Numbered from the stretch's first letter, positions 11,169 to 25,131 are shown. The stretch: DNA of 64,000 nucleotides from Desulfobacterales bacterium (GCA_040769985.1 JAXGJZ010000013.1:15174-79173), one strand, 5' to 3'. Notes: a model not told the origin generated them from the sequence alone. Numbers and translations: made by a program.

Positions 11169-11980
11169 TTTTCCGCTTGTTCCTCTTGTGTTAAAATTTC
11201 ATTGAGTCCGATTTCTATTTCCGAATCGTCATCCAGTTGTATGGCGATCCGATCCCCGATTACATTGTGACGGATCACCTTCCCTTTCCCCCTCCGCGTT
11301 TCTAAATTTTTCCCGATTTTTGGGAATTTTGATCTGAGTTCCTGGTAGGTCGTATTTTCATAGATCAGACAGCACATCAGTCGACCGCACTGGCCGGAGA
11401 TCTTTGTCGGATTCAAAGACAACCCCTGCTCTTTGGCCATGCGTATGGAAACCGGCTCGAATTTTTCCATAAAAGACGCGCAGCAAAGTTCCCGTCCGCA
11501 TCGTCCGATACCCCCGCACATTTTTGCCTGGTTTCGGATCCCAACCTGTCGCATTTCGATCCGGACATTGAGCTCCCTGACCAGAATCTTTACAAGCTGT
11601 CTGAAATCGACACGACCCTCGGATGTGAAAAAAAACGTCATCTTGCTTGCGTCAAATGTGCTCTCGACTGCAAAAAGATTCATCTTAAGTTCTAGCTCCT
11701 TAATGCATTCGAGGCAGAAGGCATACGCATGTTTTTCCGTTTCATGATTTTTTTTGAGTTGCTCCAGATCATTTTCGTTTGCCAGACGAAACACCTTTTT
11801 CAAGATTTTTTCCGAAGATTCATCATCGTAAGCTGCGGGTGGCGCCACAACGGTTCCGAACGCGAGCCCCTGCTCGGTTTCAACAATTATATGGTCTCCC
11901 GGATTGAGAACAAACGCGCCGCTTTCAAAATCATAAACTTTGCCTGCGGGCTTGAATCTGACTTTAACGATCTTTTTCAT
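11165..11980 (-). CDS. ricT: PSP1 domain protein (YaaT/RicT-like)
   Basis: Cys-rich PSP1 C-terminal pattern (KMCGGIGRCGRELCCASF ... GQCGRLMCCLIYE). The holB-yaaT-like-metG order resembles that in Firmicutes. Confidence 0.85.
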   Translation of the reverse strand: MKKIVKVRFKPAGKVYDFESGAFVLNPGDHIIVETEQGLAFGTVVAPPAAYDDESSEKILKKVFRLANENDLEQLKKNHETEKHAYAFCLECIKELELKMNLFAVESTFDASKMTFFFTSEGRVDFRQLVKILVRELNVRIEMRQVGIRNQAKMCGGIGRCGRELCCASFMEKFEPVSIRMAKEQGLSLNPTKISGQCGRLMCCLIYENTTYQELRSKFPKIGKNLETRRGKGKVIRHNVIGDRIAIQLDDDSEIEIGLNEILTQEEQAEK

Positions 11981-12100
11981 TTCTTATTTTTCTTCGAGGC
12001 GATCCGTGTTGCCTTGACCGGACATCTCTATCCTTCCAAGCGTCTTTCCGTCGCAATCGACAGGCGAGAGCCCTTGTTTTTCGATGAATCCGGACACAAT

Positions 12101-13162
12101 CTAACATAAACGGTCCGCGAGCCGCATGACCAGAATTTCCATGATCAGCTTTACATTTAAGTTCGTGTTCCCCTGAATATTTTTCTGTGCCGTCTGAACC
12201 GCATCCATTTTTGAAAGAAGTGATTGGACGGTAAAACTGTGTGAAGCCTGTCGAATATTTTCCGCCAGGTCGTTGTTTATTATTTTTTCGGAATCATATC
12301 GATAGACAATAAGATCTCTCAGCCAGGATTGAATGAGTTCCAAAGATTCTGAAAGGGTTTCCTTATTCCTTGATAACTTTTCGGCAAACGCCAAAAGGGA
12401 ACTGATTTGCATTGAAGGAAAGGATTCGAGGCAGTGCATCAGCCAGTTCCGTCGGTTCACCCAATTTGACTGCTTCATGGAGAGCGCTTTGGAAAAACTT
12501 CCGTTTGCCATCTTTCCTAAAATTTTTGCAGCGTCCGGAGCAAACCCCTGCTTTTCAATCAGAATGCTTTCGATGCTTTTTGGCGGAATCGGGCGGAAGC
12601 GGATATGATGACAGCGCGAGACAATTGTCGGAAGCAGGTCGGACGTTTGAATCGCGGTAAGTATCAGTGTCGTTTGATCGGGGGGTTCCTCAAGAATTTT
12701 CAGGAGTGCATTCCCCGCTTCCGGATTCATCGCCTGTGCCTCGGATATGATCACTACACGACGTCTCGCTTCATATGGTTTCATGGAAAGGATATGATAA
12801 AGAGCGCGAATCTGTGCAATTCTAATGAAAGGACCGGATGGTTCGATACGGATGATATCCGGGTGGTTGCCCGACAGAATTTTCTTGCAGGATCTGCAGT
12901 GGCCGCAGGGATCATTTTTTTGTATTGGTTTATTTTTCTTAAAGTGATTATTTTCACCCGGGACCTTGCCGCCTTCGAGAAAATGCTCATCTTTGTTGCC
13001 GGTACAATTGCAAGCCATGGCAAAGATTGCGGCGGTTGTTCTCTTGCCTACCCCTTCCATTCCGGTAAAAAGAAACGCGTGGGGTATCGTTTTTTTGTGA
13101 AGGAGTGTCCGCAACAGACGGATGGGTTGTTTTTGGTCCAAAACCGATTCAAAGCCAGCCAC
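12101..13162 (-). CDS. holB: DNA polymerase III subunit delta prime
   Basis: HAFLFTGMEGVGKRTTA P-loop-like segment, Zn module CGHCRSCKK, and the SRC motif (TIVSRC). Confidence 0.85.
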   Translation of the reverse strand: MAGFESVLDQKQPIRLLRTLLHKKTIPHAFLFTGMEGVGKRTTAAIFAMACNCTGNKDEHFLEGGKVPGENNHFKKNKPIQKNDPCGHCRSCKKILSGNHPDIIRIEPSGPFIRIAQIRALYHILSMKPYEARRRVVIISEAQAMNPEAGNALLKILEEPPDQTTLILTAIQTSDLLPTIVSRCHHIRFRPIPPKSIESILIEKQGFAPDAAKILGKMANGSFSKALSMKQSNWVNRRNWLMHCLESFPSMQISSLLAFAEKLSRNKETLSESLELIQSWLRDLIVYRYDSEKIINNDLAENIRQASHSFTVQSLLSKMDAVQTAQKNIQGNTNLNVKLIMEILVMRLADRLC

Positions 13163-13166
13163 GAAT

Positions 13167-13442
13167 TTAACTGTTTACCCGTTCTTTCAATTCTTTTCCG
13201 GACTTAAAAAATGGAAGCCTCTTCGGCTTTATGGCAACCTTTTCTCCGGTCTTTGGATTCCTGCCGGTATAGCTTTTATATTTTTTAACAAAAAAACTAC
13301 AAAGACCACGAATTTCAACTCGCTCGTCGTTTGCAAGGGCATCCGCCATGTGATCGAAAAATATTTGAACGACCTTCGCAGCTTCCGATTTTGAGATGTC
13401 CGTTTCATTTTTTAAGGCGGAGATGAGCTCCAACTTGTTCAT
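13167..13442 (-). CDS. HU/IHF-family DNA-binding protein (IHF-beta-like)
   Basis: 91 aa from the internal ATG (MNKLELISAL...). RGLCSFFVKKYKSYTGRNPKTGEKVAIKPKRLPFFKSGKELKERVN matches the IHF/HU arm signature. Confidence 0.85.
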   Translation of the reverse strand: MNKLELISALKNETDISKSEAAKVVQIFFDHMADALANDERVEIRGLCSFFVKKYKSYTGRNPKTGEKVAIKPKRLPFFKSGKELKERVNS

Positions 13443-13533
13443 ATATTCTCCTTTGCGAAATAAATGGTTGGTGTCGGATAATATGAGAATATTGAATGCG
13501 TTATTAGACGAAACTCGGTAAGAAGTCAAGCCG

Positions 13534-14061
13534 TTATGATAAGATTTCCGGTAACGGCTCCACGTCGTCCTCATTCGCATCAACCCCTGCAAACTGACCG
13601 AGCGCTTCGATATGGACCACGACCCGTCCCTTTCCCCGGTATCGAACAAACGTTCCGATCACACCGGCAAATGGGCCGTATACGACCATCACGCGGTCTC
13701 CTTTTTTGAAGCGGGTTCCAGTGGTAATCGGATAATCACCTGCCACCATGATTTTCAGTGAGTCGATCGTCTCCGGCGGAACAGGGATCGGGCCGTCCTT
13801 GCTGCCGATCAAACGGACGGCGCCGGCGGTTTTTACAATCTCGATATGCTCATGATGATTCAGATCGGTTTTAACAAATAAATAACCGGGAAAAAGCGGA
13901 ATTCGGATCATCATTTTTTTGTCCCGGCGTTTGCTCCTGACGTGAACCTTCGGTAAAAAAACCTCGATCGCTTTTTTAATCAGACACTCGTTTACCACAT
14001 TCTCGAATCTGCTTTTGGTATGAAGGACATACCAGGATTTTGGGAGTTTGTTTGCAGCCAT
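13534..14061 (-). CDS. specialised NusG paralogue (RfaH/UpxY-like NGN + KOW)
   Basis: NGN motif (SWYVLHTKSRFENVV ... PLFPGYLFV) and KOW motif (FKKGDRVMVVYGPFAGVIGTF). It lies outside any secE-nusG-rplK context. Confidence 0.8.
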   Translation of the reverse strand: MAANKLPKSWYVLHTKSRFENVVNECLIKKAIEVFLPKVHVRSKRRDKKMMIRIPLFPGYLFVKTDLNHHEHIEIVKTAGAVRLIGSKDGPIPVPPETIDSLKIMVAGDYPITTGTRFKKGDRVMVVYGPFAGVIGTFVRYRGKGRVVVHIEALGQFAGVDANEDDVEPLPEILS

Positions 14062-14161
14062 TCGTTATTCCTGAAAAAAAGTTATTCATATCATTTTAAA
14101 GCAATTTGGAATCACAACCATTTTTCCTCGTTTCTTCCTAAAAACCGTCACCAAGCCGGCG

Positions 14162-16597
14162 TTAGTAACTTTCAAGCGGACTGTCAATGGTCCGTCCCGT
14201 GAAGCGTTCACCCAATTGACCCAGGCCGTGAAGGTTAATCATAAATGCGATCGCCTGGTCATCGATTTCCTCCGTGTAGCTGACGCCGACCGACCAGCAC
14301 TGTGCCGTGTACTCCAATCCCAGTCCGGATCGGATATTTTCGTTTTCTTTCATGTTATATTCAAATTCTGCGAATGCCAGGAGGCGGTCCGTCAGTCGAA
14401 TGGTTAAATCGGCGTATATGGATTCGCTCGACGGCTGGTCCAGCAACTCGGCCGTTTGCGGATCCAGCATCCGTGACTCCCTTGCACGCCGGTATTCCAC
14501 GAATAATCGATCTCCGCGTTTATCCGATATGCCGGCTGCAACATTACGGGACGGAAAATTGTTTTCATAAGGGGACCATTCGGCATCGGTCTGCAGGAAG
14601 AGAAACCGGGTCAGAACAATATCAAGCTCTCCGAATATCGGCGAAAATGGTTCCCGCTCCCGGGTTTTTTGGTTGGTAAAGTGGTCCGGATTGTCTTCTT
14701 TCGCTTCATTGATATTGTAACTTTGTTCCAGCCTGAACCGGCAGAACTGCCGGTAGTCGAAATCGGTGGGGGCGTCGTTTTTCTTGGTTTTTTGTGATTT
14801 CGACGTCAGCATGTTGGTAATTGAATAGGTCAGAAGATTTTTTTTCGCCACTCGGTCCACGGAATCAAAAAAAGGATATTTTTCCAGATCATGGTCAGGT
14901 ATAAATTCATATAAAACCTGAGGCCTTACAATATGCTGGATCGCGCCCGCGCTTCCGTCGTCTTTCCGGTACACTTTTGACACTCTCGTGTTCAGGTCCA
15001 GCATGACATCATAAAGATTCCGATTCAGCGTTCTGTCTTCTCCATCAAAACCATCGAAGCGATCAACGTACCAAACCGTTTCACGCAAACCCAGAGAAGG
15101 CTCGAAGGTAAAATAATTTTTATGGCGATAGGGAAGGTAGAACCTGGGGAAAAGATCCGTACGCTGTCCGCTGGTTCCTCTTTCCCTGTAAAGGTAGGCG
15201 TATTCCGACCGGAGATCGAAATAGAAGGGACTGCTTACAATCGGTTGCCGTAACGAAGTGAATTCGATGAGAGGGAGGGTATTCGGGGTGGTATCCCCCT
15301 CTACGGCTTCTTCTTGTCGCCGGTAAACCACATCATCATACCATCGGGTTTCCGCGTTGAAACTATAGCAGGACCATGTTTTGTTCAGATTCAGGCGGTT
15401 CACTCTCACCGGATCATTGTAATCGTCCATATCCCTGCCGAAGTTTTTGAGGAAATATCTCCTCGTATCATTGAATCCGGTGTAACCTCCTTTGAATTCA
15501 AGAAGATAATCCTGGTCGCTGACGATGTCCAAGTCGAGTTTCGCGGAAAAATCATAGGGCATTGCCTGATCATGCTTCATCCTGAACCAGTACCGGTCTT
15601 TATTGGGCCTTAGAAAATCATCGTCTTCAAATCCCCATCGATCGCTTGAGTCGCCCGTGCCGTCATCCACCTCACTGTCATTGAGAAAATCAAACATGAG
15701 GGTTCCTTTTGAGCGTTCATCCAATACATAACGAAATTCAGCGCCCAGTTTATTTCCGCGACGATTCATGTAATGCTCATAAAACGTGGCATCCGCGCTT
15801 TCGCTGATGGCCCAGAAAAAAGGCTGAACATATTCGATACCTTTTCGATCCGATTTCTCGAATGTGGGCGTCAGCAAACCGGACTGACGTTTCGTTTTTG
15901 CAGGGGCAACAAAAAAAGGAAAATAGAGAATCGGTATTTTTTTGGCCCATAACGTAGCATGGGTAATAAATCCGTATCCTTCTATGGTAACGTTAAAGTT
16001 TCTTCCGGTTATTTTCCATGCGGGCAGATCTCCGTCACATGTCGTAACCGTGGCTTTTTCGGCGGAATAAGTGTCTTTTCCGGCTTTTCGGATCTTTTCG
16101 CCCCTGATATAGAAATGGTTTTCTTTGAGAAATACGGAACCGTTATAAATCGTTCCGGTTTCCTCTTTCAGATCCATTTCCAATCGATCTCCGGTTAAAA
16201 TATCTTCTCCCATGGTTATGATGACGTGACCGATGGCCCTCACTTGCATGGTTCTATGGGCAAACCGGATGAAATCGGCCGTGAATTTATTGTCGAACTT
16301 CGTTATCGTTACGTTTCCTTCAGCGATATATTCCTCGGTTCCGGCGTCATACTTGATCTCATCGGCGGTGATATGCCAGGGCTCGGAAACATCATCCTTC
16401 AAGGATCGATCCATAAGATCGGCGGATGCGAAGGACGGAATCGCAACGACCGCAGCGAGTACGGGCAAAAGACGAATGACGATGCTGAAAATCAACCATA
16501 AAAAGACCGGGTAACCAATCTTGCGATTATCCCTTTCGCGGGGAAAAATAGGGTACCTATGGCCCGAATTTTTCGGAAGCATCAATATCCAAATCAT
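14162..16597 (-). CDS. lptD: LPS-assembly outer-membrane protein LptD (OstA family)
   Basis: 811 aa with an N-terminal signal/TM segment, an OstA-like N-domain (ITADEIKYD...EGNVTIT) and a long beta-barrel-type C-terminal region. Exact start uncertain. Confidence 0.85.
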   Translation of the reverse strand: MIWILMLPKNSGHRYPIFPRERDNRKIGYPVFLWLIFSIVIRLLPVLAAVVAIPSFASADLMDRSLKDDVSEPWHITADEIKYDAGTEEYIAEGNVTITKFDNKFTADFIRFAHRTMQVRAIGHVIITMGEDILTGDRLEMDLKEETGTIYNGSVFLKENHFYIRGEKIRKAGKDTYSAEKATVTTCDGDLPAWKITGRNFNVTIEGYGFITHATLWAKKIPILYFPFFVAPAKTKRQSGLLTPTFEKSDRKGIEYVQPFFWAISESADATFYEHYMNRRGNKLGAEFRYVLDERSKGTLMFDFLNDSEVDDGTGDSSDRWGFEDDDFLRPNKDRYWFRMKHDQAMPYDFSAKLDLDIVSDQDYLLEFKGGYTGFNDTRRYFLKNFGRDMDDYNDPVRVNRLNLNKTWSCYSFNAETRWYDDVVYRRQEEAVEGDTTPNTLPLIEFTSLRQPIVSSPFYFDLRSEYAYLYRERGTSGQRTDLFPRFYLPYRHKNYFTFEPSLGLRETVWYVDRFDGFDGEDRTLNRNLYDVMLDLNTRVSKVYRKDDGSAGAIQHIVRPQVLYEFIPDHDLEKYPFFDSVDRVAKKNLLTYSITNMLTSKSQKTKKNDAPTDFDYRQFCRFRLEQSYNINEAKEDNPDHFTNQKTREREPFSPIFGELDIVLTRFLFLQTDAEWSPYENNFPSRNVAAGISDKRGDRLFVEYRRARESRMLDPQTAELLDQPSSESIYADLTIRLTDRLLAFAEFEYNMKENENIRSGLGLEYTAQCWSVGVSYTEEIDDQAIAFMINLHGLGQLGERFTGRTIDSPLESY

Positions 16598-17194
16598 TTG
16601 GAAACGTTAAAGGAAAAAGGTTTCGGGCCCTTGAAAAAAGGTTTAATCTTTCCCCATTCCGGCCGAACGCCTTGTTTCGGTTGGACGAACCGTTTGAGCG
16701 GCAACAGGGAGCGTATTCAAATTTCACCCTCACTCAGAGACCGGGCAAAATGAGATTGTTTCACAAAGGCCGCGTGTTCCGTTGCGGGAAAACATTTCGT
16801 ATCCGGCAATTTTTTGCATAAGAGACAACTCAATGAAAAAAGTCAAGATGTAGTTATCAGAATCGACGATCCTTGAAAAGGGGATGCGGTGCCCTGTGAT
16901 TGAAAAAAACGGATTCCCGGCCTTCGGAGCCGTTTCGTTCCGAGTTTGTTTCGAGCTTTTTAAACACGGAAAAATACTAATTTAGATAATGAATTCAAAT
17001 GATTGACCTCCATTCGATTTTCAATTCGGAATGTCGGCGACATGCGGGCTGAATGACAATAAAAAGAATTGCTTGGAATTGAAAAAAAGTCGTGTTACAA
17101 GCCCGGCGGATGGACACCGGAATTTCGATCGGCCGGTGCGGATGGAAACCGTATCCGGATAAAAATAAATTCAGCCTATCAAGCATTCGAATCC

Positions 17195-18874
17195 ATGCAA
17201 CAAGAAAACACGCCCGAGCGGAATAAGGAACTGGTCGCCGACTGGCAGGCCCTGATGAGAACCTTCATATGTCCCGACAATGACGTCTCTCAATCCCGGC
17301 TGGTCAAATATATGCAGCAGATTCTTTTCGGGCTTCAGGATTTTTTAAAGAAACACGTGGGCATCACCGAGGAAACCAGCCTGAAAGATTTAGTCAAAGC
17401 GTACTCCGACAGTCATATCAATGAAAATCCCGAAAAAAAACTCACCGATGTCATCACCGACTTGATCGAAGACGTCGCACCTCATGCCGTCAATGTCGCT
17501 TCCCCTTATTTTGTGGGTCACATGACTTCGGCGATTCCTTTTTTTATGGTACATCTCAAAACGATCGTGGCCGCTTTGAATCAAAACGTCGTGAAGCTTG
17601 AAACCTCCAAGGTTTTTTCGGTTGTGGAAAGACAGGTGCTTGCCAAGATCCACCGGTTGATTTACCGGAAAAGCGATGATTTTTACATCCGTCACATTCA
17701 AAGCACGGACACCGCGCTCGGATGTTTTACCGAAGATGGAACCCTGGCGAACATTACGGCACTCTGGGTTGCCAGAAACGCCGCGCTGGCCCCGAAAAAT
17801 GGTTTTGACGGAGTGGAATCCGAAGGAATCCCCGCGGCATTTCAGGCTTATGGAATGGAGCGGGCGGTTATCCTTGTTTCCCGGCTGGGCCACTTTTCCC
17901 TGAAAAAAGCGGGTGGTCTTCTCGGAATCGGCAACCGAAATGTCTTGGCTGTCGATGTCGATCATAACAACCGAATCGATTTGAAATGTCTGAATAAAAC
18001 CATCCGAGAAATTAACAAAACCGAGGGAAAAACCAGAATTATCGCCATCATCGGGATTGCCGGCACCACGGAAACCGGCTCCATCGATCCGTTGCGGCAG
18101 CTCGGTGAGATTTGTGCCGAGCACGGGGTGCATTATCACGTGGACGCGGTCTGGGGCGGGCCTACGGTTCTGTCGGATAAATACAAACATCTTCTGAAGG
18201 GAATCGAACTTGCCGATTCGGTAACCATTGACGGCCACAAACAGTTTTACATGCCGATGAGTTGCGGCATGGTATATTTCAAAGATCCTAAAATCATGGA
18301 CACGGTTATCTATCATGCGAATTATGTAAACCGCCCCGGTTCCGTGGATCTTGGTATTAAGTCGCTTGCGGGTTCCAGAGAAGCCAACTCCATTATACTG
18401 GATTGCGCCCTTAAAATCATGGGAAGGCGGGGCTATGCCCTTCTGCTCGAACACGGAATCGAAACGGCGCGTGAATTTGCCCGGGAGATTCAACAAAGAC
18501 CCGACTTCGAACTGATCACTCCTCCGGAGCTCAACATTCTTACATACCGACTGTTCCCCTCCCATCTCAAGAAGAAGCTTTCCGGAAAAGATCCCGCTCG
18601 GATACCCCATATTCGGGAAAGGTTGAACGAGATTAATCGAAGGGTTCAAATATTGCAGAGAGAAAGAGGAAAAAGCTTTGTTTCGAGAACCACATTGAAG
18701 ATGGATGGCAGGCCCGGAGAGGATATTGTGGTTCTGCGCTGCGTGATTATGAACCCGATGACGAGCATGAAAATCTTGCGGGAAGTTCTGGATGAACAGG
18801 AAGAAATCTATCGAAATTTTTTCGGTGAATTTGCTTTTCTGCCGGAGAATCGGGGATATGAATCGAGTTTCTGA
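17195..18874 (+). CDS. group II pyridoxal-phosphate-dependent decarboxylase (PanP / glutamate-decarboxylase-like)
   Basis: PLP-lysine context SVTIDGHKQFYMPMSCG and HVDAVWGG. The track ORF starts at TTG 17069; the ATG at 17195 is preferred. Substrate not determinable by eye. Confidence 0.85.
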   Translation: MQQENTPERNKELVADWQALMRTFICPDNDVSQSRLVKYMQQILFGLQDFLKKHVGITEETSLKDLVKAYSDSHINENPEKKLTDVITDLIEDVAPHAVNVASPYFVGHMTSAIPFFMVHLKTIVAALNQNVVKLETSKVFSVVERQVLAKIHRLIYRKSDDFYIRHIQSTDTALGCFTEDGTLANITALWVARNAALAPKNGFDGVESEGIPAAFQAYGMERAVILVSRLGHFSLKKAGGLLGIGNRNVLAVDVDHNNRIDLKCLNKTIREINKTEGKTRIIAIIGIAGTTETGSIDPLRQLGEICAEHGVHYHVDAVWGGPTVLSDKYKHLLKGIELADSVTIDGHKQFYMPMSCGMVYFKDPKIMDTVIYHANYVNRPGSVDLGIKSLAGSREANSIILDCALKIMGRRGYALLLEHGIETAREFAREIQQRPDFELITPPELNILTYRLFPSHLKKKLSGKDPARIPHIRERLNEINRRVQILQRERGKSFVSRTTLKMDGRPGEDIVVLRCVIMNPMTSMKILREVLDEQEEIYRNFFGEFAFLPENRGYESSF

Positions 18875-18974
18875 ATTTATGATAAATGACTTGATTTTTC
18901 ATATCATTCGTGGAATACAAATTTTTTGATCCATGTGTGAAATCGCCGACCGGCGGATAGGCATTGTTTTTTAA

Positions 18975-19063
18975 TTGAACCGCAACAGCCAACGCATTCG
19001 TCGGGGGATATCCGAACTCTTATTGAAATTAAATTCATTTCGATAGGTTATGTCCCGGTTCAA
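18975..19063 (+). repeat. 89-bp repeat-family member bounded by 8-bp inverted termini TTGAACCG / CGGTTCAA
   Basis: The 5' end, TTGAACCGCAACAGCCAACGCATTC, matches copies A, B and C. The 3' end is CCCGGTTCAAG. Confidence 0.6.
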
Positions 19064-19274
19064 GATTTTGCCGTGAGTTCATCAGGGAATTTCTTGTGAA
19101 GCGGATCGGAGGAAGCGAAAAGAAACGAATCATTTTTGCAATGCCGGGGAATCAAGGCGCTGCTGTTTTGGAATGAATTCGGTCCATGCCCGGAGCACTC
19201 AGCCGTAACGGGCTTAAGCTTGCGGAAAATGGTCGTTTCCAGATATCAACCAATCAACAAAGGAGAGCCTTAAA

Positions 19275-20882
19275 ATGGTAGAATTTTCGTATCAGGAGAT
19301 GTTTCCCTTGGGCAAGGACACGACGGAATACCGTCTCTTGACCAAAGACCATGTTTCTGTATCGTCTTTTGAGGGCAAGGAGATATTAAAGATAGCGCCC
19401 GAGGCACTGACCGTTCTGGCCGAAGAGGCGTTCCGAGATGTCGCCCACCTGTTGAGACCGGCGCACCTAGCGCAGCTGAAAAAGATTATGGAAGACCCGG
19501 AAAGCTCCGATAATGACAAGTTCGTCGCCCTGGATATGATTAAAAACGCGGTGATTGCGGCGGAATTTGAGTTTCCGCAGTGCCAGGATACCGGCACGGC
19601 GACCATCATCGGGAAAAAAGGCCAGCGGGTCTGGTCGGACTTCAATGAAGAAGAGGCCCTTTCCAGGGGAGTTTTCAATACCTATACAAAATGCAATCTG
19701 AGGTATTCCCAGAATGCGCCGCTCAACATGTATGATGAAGTGAATACGGGGTGCAACCTTCCGGCTCAGATCGACCTTTATGCCACGGAAGGGGATGCCT
19801 ACAAATTCCTGTTTGTTGCAAAGGGTGGGGGCTCGGCGAACAAAACCTATCTGTACCAGGAAACCAAAGCGGTGCTGACCCCGAAAACTCTTGAAAACTT
19901 CATGAGAGAAAAGATGAAGAGCCTCGGCACCGCCGCCTGTCCTCCCTATCATCTAGCTTTCGTGATTGGGGGAACTTCCGCGGAAGTCAACCTCAAGACG
20001 GTGAAACTGGCTACCACCAAGTATTATGACAGCCTTCCCACCAAGGGGAACAAACTCGGGCACGCCTTCCGGGATCTTGAAACGGAGGAGAAGGTCCTCA
20101 AGATTGCCCAGGAACTCGGGATCGGCGCCCAGTTCGGCGGAAAGTATTTTGTCCATGATGTCCGGGTGGTTCGGCTGCCGAGGCACGGGGCCTCCTGCCC
20201 GATCGGTATAGGAGTGAGCTGCAGCGCCGACCGCAACATGAAAGCCAAGATCACCAAGGACGGCATTTTCCTTGAAAAACTGGAAAGAGATCCCTCGAAG
20301 TATCTTCCGGAACCCACTGCATCGGAGGATGAAGCGGTGAAAATCGACTTGAATCAGCCGATGGATAAGATTCGGGCCATTCTTACCAAGTATCCCGTGG
20401 CCACCCGCCTGTCGCTGACCGGAAAAATGGTCGTGGGCAGAGATATCGCACATGCCAAGCTCAAGGAACGGCTTGACAAGGGAGAAGACCTGCCCCAGTA
20501 CTTCAAGGATCACATTGTCTATTATGCCGGTCCCGCGAAGACCCCTCCGGGCTACGCCTCGGGTTCCTTCGGGCCGACCACGGCCGGTCGGATGGACTCC
20601 TACGTGCCGATCTTCCAGGCGCGCGGCGGCTCCATGGTCATGCTGGCAAAGGGCAACCGCGCAAAGGTCGTAACGGATTCATGCAAGAAATACGGCGGGT
20701 TCTACCTGGGCTCCATCGGCGGTCCGGCGGCCCGGCTCGGCAAGGAGTGCATTACCAACGTTAAGATTCTTGAATATCCGGAACTCGGAATGGAAGCCAT
20801 TTACGAAATTACCGTAAAAGACTTCCCCGCCTTTATCCTTGTGGATGATAAAGGGAACGATTTTTTTGAGAACCTCCTGTAA
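19275..20882 (+). CDS. fumA: class I (Fe-S dependent) fumarate hydratase, FumA type
   Basis: Collinear with E. coli FumA as recalled ([54 protein letters not shown]). RBS GGAGAG lies upstream. Confidence 0.92.
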   Translation: MVEFSYQEMFPLGKDTTEYRLLTKDHVSVSSFEGKEILKIAPEALTVLAEEAFRDVAHLLRPAHLAQLKKIMEDPESSDNDKFVALDMIKNAVIAAEFEFPQCQDTGTATIIGKKGQRVWSDFNEEEALSRGVFNTYTKCNLRYSQNAPLNMYDEVNTGCNLPAQIDLYATEGDAYKFLFVAKGGGSANKTYLYQETKAVLTPKTLENFMREKMKSLGTAACPPYHLAFVIGGTSAEVNLKTVKLATTKYYDSLPTKGNKLGHAFRDLETEEKVLKIAQELGIGAQFGGKYFVHDVRVVRLPRHGASCPIGIGVSCSADRNMKAKITKDGIFLEKLERDPSKYLPEPTASEDEAVKIDLNQPMDKIRAILTKYPVATRLSLTGKMVVGRDIAHAKLKERLDKGEDLPQYFKDHIVYYAGPAKTPPGYASGSFGPTTAGRMDSYVPIFQARGGSMVMLAKGNRAKVVTDSCKKYGGFYLGSIGGPAARLGKECITNVKILEYPELGMEAIYEITVKDFPAFILVDDKGNDFFENLL

Positions 20883-21116
20883 AATCCGGATCGATCCTCC
20901 GCCGGGCGGATTTTCGCCCAGTCGCTGAATCTCGGAATCTTCCCGGCGGAAACAGGGGTTCAAAACGTTCGGCAATACGGATATCGGTGTTTTCGGCTTG
21001 TTTTCCCCTTTACATACGTTTTCATTCAGTGTTATTGGAAAGCCATTGTTTTGGGTTTATTAACCGGTTTTTTTCATGGTACTTATTTTGTTTTGAATTG
21101 TTATTCGGATTTTTAA

Positions 21117-24641
<3,525 letters not shown>

Positions 24642-24682
24642 GCTTTGAAGCGTTTCACTTAGACTGAAAACCATGAGACGAA

Positions 24683-24715
24683 AAGGCCGTCCGCTTTTAG
24701 TGGACGGCCTTTTTA
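24683..24715 (+). terminator. rho-independent terminator after PFOR
   Basis: AAGGCCGTCC / GGACGGCCTT 10-bp stem with a 9-nt loop, followed by TTTTT. Confidence 0.8.
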
Positions 24716-24773
24716 ATTAAAAACCCGACCGTTCGAGAATCCGGTTTTCCTTTTATGAAATTCCAGCAGAATA

Positions 24774-24871
24774 CCCCGCCATTTATGGCGGGGATAAATG
24801 CGGTGCAGGAGTAAGGAGGATGCAATCCCCCTCCTTGCCCTTTTCAAGAAGCCCCGCCTTTTCAGGCGGGG
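24774..24871 (+). repeat. array of three GC-rich hairpins related to the intergenic repeat family
   Basis: CCCCGCC-ATTTAT-GGCGGGG (24774-24793), AAGGAGG-N10-CCTCCTT (24813-24836), and CCCCGCC-TTTTCA-GGCGGGG (24852-24871). GGATGCAATCC (24818-24828) is shared with 63027-63037. Confidence 0.6.
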
Positions 24872-25131
24872 AGTTTCACTGTAACGCCTCAATCGGCTTT
24901 TTATTCCAACCAGCCGTGAAAACTGCCAGATTTTGTTTACGATCAATAAGGACCATCCTTTTCACCACGGAAATACATGGCGTATTTCAAGGAGTAAAGT
25001 TTACGCCGCACGTAGAAATCGGGCGAAAGGGCCTTCAATCATTGGCCTCTCCATAGAAACCGCAAGTGACGATTCTTTCATTCCTATTCGACTTCACAAA
25101 TTTTAACGAAACGAATTGAAAGGAGGATGTT

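Noticed and set aside
12605-13207. 200-aa plus-strand ORF
   Set aside because: It is antisense to holB, with no RBS or motifs.
17104-17151. Direct repeat GCGGATGGA.ACCG twice, 30 nt apart, upstream of the decarboxylase (possible tandem operator or riboswitch)
   Set aside because: A 9-mer repeated within 50 bp is expected about a dozen times by chance in this window, and no known riboswitch consensus was recognised.
17390-18649. 419-aa ORF on the minus strand
   Set aside because: It lies entirely antisense to the well-supported PLP-decarboxylase gene. It has no recognisable motifs and a skewed Arg/Gly/Phe-rich composition typical of shadow ORFs.
24774-24871. Possible degenerate CRISPR array; CCCCGCC...GGCGGGGATAAA resembles the stem and tail of type I-E repeats
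   Set aside because: There are only two hairpins with the same stem. Their loops and flanks differ and their spacing (78 bp) is atypical. No cas genes or further repeats occur in the window. It is better explained as part of the intergenic repeat family.
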